Source: Chrysomallon squamiferum | Taxonomy: Eukaryota > Animalia > Mollusca | DNA length: 64,000 nt | NCBI GenBank assembly: GCA_012295275.1 | Contig: CM022679.1 | Span: 13,330,001-13,394,000 of the forward strand | Direction: 5' to 3' | Shown here: piece by piece, positions 55,821 to 64,000 of the stretch | Layout of the letters: each line of letters begins with the position of its first letter | Numbering within the stretch: position 1 is the stretch's first letter | Translations under genes and position numbers: made by a program | Notes under the pieces: generated by a model | What the model was told of the DNA's origin: nothing | What the model saw: only the letters and a program-made list of their open reading frames with translations | Database searches by the model: none

Positions 55821-58800
55821 ATCTTTTGAATACAGACAACTGTTTGTACATAAACTGTTAAATATTGTTTGATAATGGACATTTATTATCAGAAATAAGC
55901 TTGTAATTTTTTTAATTTTTTAACATGATGTTAACATGGTTTAAAAAAAAAGAAAGAAAAGAAGCCTGATATAATCTGTGTTTATTTGTTCTTCAGTTAA
56001 CAACCAATTCTATCAGACATGTTTTTGTTTTTGTGTAAATGTTTTAAATTAATTTTTCTATTATTTATTTATGTCTGTAATAGATGGCAGAAGTGAAAAA
56101 CAGAATGACATACCTCAATTGAATTTGGTTCAAATCTGTCTCCTTTGTTGTACAGAGGTATTACCTTTAAAATTAAATGAATTAATAAAATATTAAAATT
56201 ATAGAATGAATATTTAATTGCTATTTATTATTATTATTTTTTTTAATCTCATGCTTAATGGATACAAATTCAAAACGACATTAAAATTTTAATGTATTCT
56301 TTAAAAAAAAAAAAAAAAAAAAAAAAAGGTGACCTATTTAATATAAAAGCATGAACATGTAACTGATAAAATTATCAACTATTTAATTATAAAATTTAAA
56401 CTTCAAATGAAAAACAATCTTATAATTTTACACATGTATGTTATTTTATATAGTGACAGTAATACCTTGGCATTCCATTTTTCATAGGGGTAAACATCAA
56501 GATAGTTTCGTGCTACTATCATCAAACCTTGGGTGGTGAACTGCAAAATATTTAAAACTATTATAATAACTGTTTTTTGTTTTTTTTTAAATTTCCACAG
56601 TTTTTACACATTTTACTATATTTTGTAAAAATAAGTACTTTTTAAGACACCTCTCACTTAATGAATAGCAATTTAATTAAAAAATTTAGAATTTAAAAAA
56701 AATAATTCATTATTATTGCTCATACTCTAAATGCCTCTATTATGAAAAATATGATTTTTGAATAATATAAAGATTTATTCAAGTTAAACAAAAAAATACT
56801 AGTATGTGTAAATTAATTATAACGTTATAATTGTAAGCCAAATAATTGAAATTAAACCAAAATGTTAATAAACAATAAAAAGTTAAGGATTTCTCAAACA
56901 TACTCTTTCTTCTGCAATATCAATTTCAACAGTGGTTTCAAATCCTTGAGCATCTTGGGAGCAACAGGCAAGAAAATGTCGCACAATAAACTCATACAAT
57001 TTCTGTTCATTTCCCTGCAAAAAAATCAATATGTTTCAAATAGTGAAAATATTAGCAATACTGCCATGTTATTTGAAAATAACACAGACTGATGGTACAA
57101 TTCTAGCCTTAGTTTTATTTGTATAGTACAGATAAATAAAATCTGTAATTATTATTATTATTTTTTTAAATTAGCCCCGCTTATTTGCAGAATGTTTGAG
57201 TAACTGATTGTTTACATATACTTTTCCTCAAAAGATAAACATCTGCATGTATCTATCATTGGATATTTAGTCAGATTGAAACTTAGAAGGTAGCTGTGCA
57301 TTTGATTAGATGTAATCTGTATTTGTAAAGTTGTATTTTTGATTGGACTTTTTTTCTATCAAAACTCTGATTGGACTTTTGGCTGGTTTACCTATCAGGC
57401 AGTTTTTTTTGTTGGAATTGTAATTTGAATTTAAATATATAAAATTCTTTACAATTACTTGATTAGATGTACAATTTATTTTTGGTTTTGTTCTTTAATT
57501 TTTCTGTTTTATATTTTTTTGACTGGACTTGAGGTTTACCTGTCAGGTAGCTCTGTATACATAATTCAAGTTTAAATGTACCTGTAAAGTAGCTGTGTAT
57601 TTGATTGGGTGTATAGGTGGATGAGCATTATCTGTCTTGTTTCCATTCTGAGGCTGAGGTCCATGATTCAGAACATTTTGGGCAAACTCTGTATAGGAGA
57701 AAAAAAAAAACAACATTAGAAACCAAGTTAAATATTTATTTGGTTGACTGAATGAACAGATAACTATTATGCATTATCATTTCATAAATAGTTACTAAAT
57801 ATTGTTATCACTTAAAATAAAAAGATTGTCTACATAATTCATATATGTGTGTTATAATATAAAAATTATGCAAACAAGTTTCTTTATCAACCAATAAGTA
57901 ATTGAATATAAACAAAATAGGTGTTTATTAATTTTTAACATGTAAAGACATCTGAAATATTTCTTATGATGGCAATTTGAAGTTATTTACATAACAAGTC
58001 GATGTTTACCTCCCCAGTTTGGGTCACGTGTTTGTTCTTCTATCAGTGCTTGAAAATCGAGATCTTTGGGGAAAATATTTGTCTCTGTTCTAGGATAGCT
58101 AATAAATCCACTGGTGTACAGCTTCTCTGCTATTTTCATTGCTTCTTTGGCATTTATGCGTAACTTTCTGGAAGCCAATTTTTCCATTTCCTGAAATAAT
58201 GATCAGTATTGCCTACAATACTGTTAATGAAGCAATAGAAAAACACAGACCATAAACTAGTTTATTTATAGGTTGGATTTGAAATTTATTCATTAAAATA
58301 AATGATGCAAATATTTAATAGAATTTGTTTTAAATACTGCTGATATTTGTGTGTTATTCCATGTAATTACTTAACATATCTTTTCATGTACAGTAATTGT
58401 AAATGATTATATCATGTAACAAAAACTATGTTTAAGCAGAATCAATTTTTTTTTATAAACTTACCCTACATCATTTTAGCTCACCATTTCCAATTTTTGA
58501 AAATGATTATTATCATGAAGTTTTAAAAGTATTTTTAAAAGTATCTCTTGTTATTTGTGTTTTGTATCACAAGGTATCTGTTTAGTAAGGACAGTTAGAA
58601 TTAAATAAGCTGAGTAAACTTACAACTGTGTCTAAAGCTACAGGTCTCCACTTGCTTTTACTCTTGCTTCTAACATCTACTACAGTGGCCACAGGATTCT
58701 GCACATAAATATCATTCTAATTTAAAATCTGATATACTAAACAACACACAGTGCTGAAATAATAATGTTTTTACAGATTTTCATAAAGCCATTATTAAAT

Positions 58801-60877
58801 TAGTTAGACCTACATTGCAGCCAGTGTTAAAAAATATTCAAATCAATGATCCAGAATAAATGTATAGAAGGCTGTATTAATGTTTCTACAGATTTTCAGT
58901 AAGTTATTATTAAACTTGCTACTTCTACATTCAGCATTGCAGCCAATAATAAAAAATATTCAAAAAAATGATTCAAAATAAATGTATCCAAGGCTGCAAT
59001 AATGATTCTACTGATTTTGAATAAGTCCAACATTACAGTCAATGTTAAAAAGAATTTAAACCAGTGATCCAGAGTAAATGTATAAATGTCTGTGGTGTCC
59101 ATTTACTGTATCATTCTTGGTCATTACAAAACAGGTCATTTGACCTTCTGGAACAAATAATATTTACAAACTGTTGAGGTATTAGTGTCTTCATCAAAAA
59201 AAGAAAGAATATAATAATAAAATATATATAATAGCTGAAAAATGAAGTCCATGGAACTTTGTAATAAGTTTTGAATGATAAAACAGAGGTACATTATTGA
59301 ACATGGACTCCAGTAACAATAAAACTGTCTTTGACAGATTATTACACTTTCGTGTGTTTGTAAAAACATACCTCGATGCATTGTTCATATAAAACAAGAC
59401 ATGCCAGATGATCAAACAGTCGAACCCTGAAATACAAAAATGTATGATGTAACAAATATAAAATATGTATATTCTTAGAATATCAATTATATGTTTAAAA
59501 TATAAATCTACTCAGTATATCAAACAAAGTTAAAAACAACCATACTAAACATTACATATCATTATCTAAAAATAAAAGTGAGTAGGAGAGATATCAAAGC
59601 TCATTGAAGTGGATACTGGGCAATGTTGGCACACGATGGTCATACAGAATAACAGTGCAGCAACTGACAATTGGCAACTTAAAATTTGATTATTAATTTT
59701 GACTTTGTCCTGTTCCAGCTTTTATTTCATTTGCTAAGGTTATGTCACATCAATATTTTCAGACAAGTATTTTCATAGTTTCTGATATACTTAAAAACTA
59801 AGAATGTTTTTTTTTTTTTAAATTACTGATGAGATCACTGCTACTTCAGAAAATTTCCATTCTAAAAGATCTTATTTTAAATAAATTAAAATCAAAGAAA
59901 AGGGAAAAAATTATAAATAATTGTTAGTAAAATAATTTTCACCTTTTCCAGTTGAACTCTGCCTTTACTTCATCTTCTTTCTGGTGAGTAACTGTATAAA
60001 TAATATCAAAATATTTTCTGTTCTGCATAAATATTTTAATACTGCAATCACAAGACCATTACAATAAGGAAGGTAAAAAATCTAAGATACAAGAACCTAG
60101 ATCCTAAAACTAAAAATTAAAAAAATGTTGCAATAACCGACAGTGGAATGAATATTGATGAATATTACCACATAAATTTTTAAATTCTCAAATGGTTTAA
60201 CCTGTTGGAAACTTTACATCAGTCACACAAAATATACTTTTATTTTATATTTTCCAAAATATAAAAAAAATTAAAAAAATTAAAAAATCTTTTTTTAATG
60301 GAAAAGTAATGTCATGTGGATTCAGTTTCAAATAAGAGATTTTCTTCTTGAAAGATAATACTAAAAACATTACATTATTCAGATTTACAAACCTTTGAGT
60401 TTCCAAAATGGCTCTGGTACAAAGGCCTGTACCTGTTTGTATCTCTCCACAACAAAACCTAGAGTTGGAAACTGACAGCTTCCATAACTGATCAGTTTGT
60501 CAGACAGAATATCTGGAAAAACTTTCTGAAGTCTCATAGTCTGAAATCGTGTAAATGGATGCACCTGAAGTATAAATAATAATAATAATAAAAAATACAT
60601 CAAACGTGAAAACAAGAATCACAAGTTGTTATTAAATACAAACATGACTATAGAACAAATTTTTTATTGTAAGTAAGATTGGGAATGCAGCTGTAAAACT
60701 AGATGTTTTTATTCAACTAAAAATCATTTAAGTTAAGTATAATTTATCTTGTTTTAGAACGACATTACAGTAATAACAAAACTTAACGCAGTCAATCTAC
60801 GTGCAATAATTCTTTTTTTTAAAGAGAACAAAAAAAATAATAATAATGATAATGATAATGATAATAAATAATCATAA

Positions 60878-60912
<35 letters not shown>

Positions 60913-63215
60913 AAGGAAAAGAAAACAAAACGTTGACACTTTTTTAAAAAGAATGAATAAATTTAATTTAGATATCTGGTACCAAGATATTTAAAAAACA
61001 CTAATAAATATGAAGTAAATAACACAACCTATTCGAAGATCTAGCTCACTGCGAACATCAACAGCGTCTGACACATTTTTATCTGGTTCAGCCAAGTTGT
61101 TTACAGCTCTTCTTACTGCCCTAAAACAAATAAGTAAATAAACATGCACATTAAGTATGTACTGGCTGGATATTTGTTTTGAGCTATTTTCTTAAGATAA
61201 CAGATTTATTGTTAGTGAGTTAATCATTTATTATAAAAAAAAAGACACAGTAAAATATGTATAAATTATTTTTTTTTATTAATACACTTGTTCTTTTCAA
61301 CTGTATATATCTTAATTCTGAAATAAATCCATTTTATATCTAAATATTTTTTTAAATACTTACTAAAAATAATACAAAACATATTGATGCAGTTTAATGC
61401 TTTAAATGCATTTTATAAATAATTTAAAAAAAGAATAAACAAAAACCTTACTGTGGTGTTATTTCCGAGAAACGTGCTCTGTAAATACGTATATTAGCTT
61501 TTGCTGCAAAATAAAACCACATAGTAGATTATTATTGTTATTTTATTTCTTATTTATCTTCAAACACAAGCAGAATAATATAAAAAAAACTGACTGAAAA
61601 CTATAATGATTCAGTGTATTTAAATTATGAGTTAAATAATACACAAGCTGTCTCTATTGACCTTATCCATATATAAAAATTACCTGAATGGTAACTATTC
61701 ATACAGTGCCAAAACATTAGTAAATAAATGAAAATAAATAACATTTATACTATTCTTAAATACGAGTTCTCATTACACTTAACTTCATTTACAATATAAT
61801 GGAAATTAAGATACAAATGGTATCAAATTACCTTCATGACACACTTGAATAACTTCAAAACCAATGTTTTCTCCTTCACGATCGCAATCTGTCCAAATTA
61901 TCAGGATCTGACATCCTTTGATTTCTTGCTCAAGGGTTTGCTTTTGGAAATAAATATATTAAAATAAACAAATATTGCATCAATTATGAGAGATACTAAA
62001 AAAAAAAAAAAATAATAATAATAATAATAATATTAAAGGTACATACAAACACAGACATAAAAAAATTATAATAATAAACATAAATATTCCAAATAAAATA
62101 TTAAAAACTGGGTATTAAAATAAACAAAAAATGAAAAGGAACTGTAATAATACAAATGAAAAACCTTGATATCCAAGAATTTTTCCGGGCAGTACTTTGT
62201 AACAGGAAGTTCAAACAAGGCACTTGGACTGCAGGAATTCCTGAAACAGAAAATAAATAAATAAATAAATAAATAAATGAAATATATATTTAACTATATT
62301 ATTTTTCAGTAATTTTAATAAGTACTTAAATAATTTCAGTTACTGAGTAATAATTATAACCTTAGAATGATTATGCACCTAAAATACATTTTTATCAAGC
62401 ATTCTGTTGGCCTTTTTGTTATTACCATTACATATTTTTTTAATAATAATTAAAAAAATTAAATAAATAAATAAAGAAAATTTAAATATTTTGTCAAAAG
62501 TAAAGAAAATGGAAGAAAAAAATGAGGAGAGACTTGCCATTTGCTATAGTGTCCAGAAAAATTCAATTCTAGCAAATGACCTGACACTGATGTCATTGTC
62601 ATGGTGACATTCTGGTTGAGGAGATGATAATCAAACTCATACAACTTGTTGAATCGAGATTTTCCCTCTCTCTGAAAATATTTTTTGAAAAATGGTATTT
62701 ATATTTTGCTCAAATGGAAATTTTTAAGCCGTTTTATTCGTCAAATATTATCAAAAAAAATAAATAAAATGAAACATTCCAACACCGCCAACAGGCAATA
62801 AATATAAAATTAAATTAAAATTTAACCAGTATATACCAGCTATAATTATAATTTTATAAATAAAATAAATTAAACTGAACGACCGAAGATAATTTAAATT
62901 TTAATTTTCACAAACTTTGAATGATTTAGTCGTATCATTCCTACAATCATCAGTGTCAAATTGTTGGTTTTGTTGTTGTTGTTGTTGTTTTTTGTGGGTT
63001 TTTTTTTTTAAATAATAATAATAATATTCCAATATGATTTTAAATAAATGTGAATTTTCAATATATAAATAATCTTAAGCCATGTCAGTTACCTTTCTGT
63101 ATTTTCCTTGTGACATGACATCAGCAAGTGATTTTGCTGCATCATTTTTCTCAGCAACATTTAAAACGCGAACCATTTTAAATGAACAGCAATACCGCAC
63201 AATAATGCGAAACAT
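47657..63215 (-). CDS. TOP3A: DNA topoisomerase III alpha, 31 coding exons, about 1011 aa after correcting one apparent +1 base in exon 7
   Basis: Exons: 63215(or 63176)-63093, 62671-62538, 62240-62165, 61940-61832, 61503-61452, 61120-61029, 60564-60393, 59991-59943, 59426-59372, 58698-58624, 58190-58010, 57688-57582, 57014-56904, 56540-56466, 56164-56114, 55767-55689, 55395-55282, 55013-54944, 54609-54581, 54231-54173, 53653-53590, 52979-52892, 52704-52605, 51242-51169, 50800-50718, 50296-49979, 49503-49401, 49158-49042, 48673-48555, 48179-48063, 47697-47657. Motifs: [39 protein letters not shown], catalytic [24 protein letters not shown], a C4 zinc ribbon, two GRF zinc fingers, and a terminal CCHC knuckle [14 protein letters not shown]. 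Confidence 0.96.
51457..52288 (-). mobile_element. Internally deleted DNA transposon, Sola2-like, in TOP3A intron 23
   Basis: 24-bp TIRs GGGTCATTCCATGTCAAATCACCC and GGGTGATCTGACATGGAATGACCC (1 mismatch), with a perfect 4-bp TSD ATAC (51453-51456 and 52289-52292). A minus-strand transposase-like remnant [44 protein letters not shown] carries an in-frame stop. GRG termini with a 4-bp TSD fit Sola2; the family assignment is from memory. Confidence 0.8.
58812..59095. repeat. Three degenerate tandem copies of an approximately 85-bp unit in TOP3A intron 9
   Basis: cattgcagcca...aaaaaatattcaaa...atgatccagaataaatgtat...aaggctg recurs at about 58812, 58934 and 59030. Confidence 0.7.
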
Positions 63216-63320
63216 ACTTCTAATACCAATACGTTTTTTGTGTCAAACATGTTGTATAATTAAGCATAGCTTAAAAATATAATCTATTTAAACTTAGGAT
63301 TACATTTTCTCTTTTATCTT

Positions 63321-63360
63321 GCCGCCATTTTAAAGTTCAAGGCCATTTAAACACTTCCGG
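63321..63360 (-). promoter_or_regulatory. TOP3A housekeeping promoter motifs: YY1 and ETS/GABP
   Basis: Minus-strand CCGGAAGTG (63352-63360) and AAAATGGCGGC (63321-63331), about 110-150 bp upstream of the first ATG. Confidence 0.55.
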
Positions 63361-64000
63361 GCTAATATTAACATGCAACCTGTAATAAAATACTACAACA
63401 CTTTATTTAATAATTTCTTTTAAAAATGTGAAATAGTAAAACTAAATGATAATATCTTGATTTTAGATAAACTTATCAAAATCACATTGTTATTCGTTAA
63501 CATTTGAAAACCAGATCCTTAATAAACCCATTAACACTTTTAATACATTTAAAGTCATTCGTTTCAATCGACGAAAAAAAGTAATAACAGCTTTTTTTGT
63601 TTTGTTTGTTTAATATTTATCTGTGAATATTGAAACATTAATGTAAATAGTTACAAATCCTTACAAATAAATAATATTAACAATTCATGCCGTTTATAAC
63701 GAAATTATGTTGTATTTTCATAGAATTGTACCAATCTTTTTGTAAAGTCGAATCACAGGTATCGCCTTTTAATGTTACACCGGTTTTGCTCGGCGGAACA
63801 TCCGTCTGCGAGTCACGTCGTATTGGTTATTATTTGTCTTTAACAATGTCATATAAGTCATTTATTTAAAACCACAACAGTGGAGACTAACATGTTACAG
63901 TGTTCACCTGTCTGAAGCACAAATAATAAGTGCAAGTTAATATTTTAATTTAGAGAAAAAATGACGTCCTTTGCTTTAAGACATGGGTATGGCAGGATTT

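Noticed and set aside
1-64000. CRISPR arrays, tRNA/rRNA genes, selenocysteine recoding or prokaryotic-type systems
   Set aside because: The DNA is eukaryotic and spliced. I saw no regularly spaced repeats, no recognisable structural RNA, and no in-frame TGA at catalytic Cys positions.

Overview
AT-rich, intron-containing animal genomic DNA (standard code; an invertebrate, possibly a mollusc, but the taxon cannot be fixed from sequence alone). I could splice six protein-coding genes by hand with consistent intron phases: two tandem 3-exon rhodanese-family 3-mercaptopyruvate sulfurtransferase (MPST/TST-like) paralogs (+), a stearoyl-CoA (delta-9) desaturase (-), an uncharacterised WD40 protein (-), Chibby/CBY1 (+) and a 31-exon DNA topoisomerase III alpha (-). 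Other features are a Sola2-like DNA transposon relic with TIRs and a TSD, a hAT/Charlie-like MITE, a foldback element, degenerate tandem repeats and many microsatellites. I found no clear new multi-gene system. The most interesting signals are: complementary active-site divergence of the MPST paralogs, plus a frameshift-derived hydrophobic tail on copy 1; a vertebrate-like SREBP/NF-Y cluster at the probable SCD promoter; a head-to-head WD40/Chibby pair with RFX X-box-like sites; and, in TOP3A, a two-ATG mitochondrial/nuclear start, a GC-AG intron and an apparent +1 frameshift. Most short ORFs in the supplied track are intronic or low-complexity artefacts.
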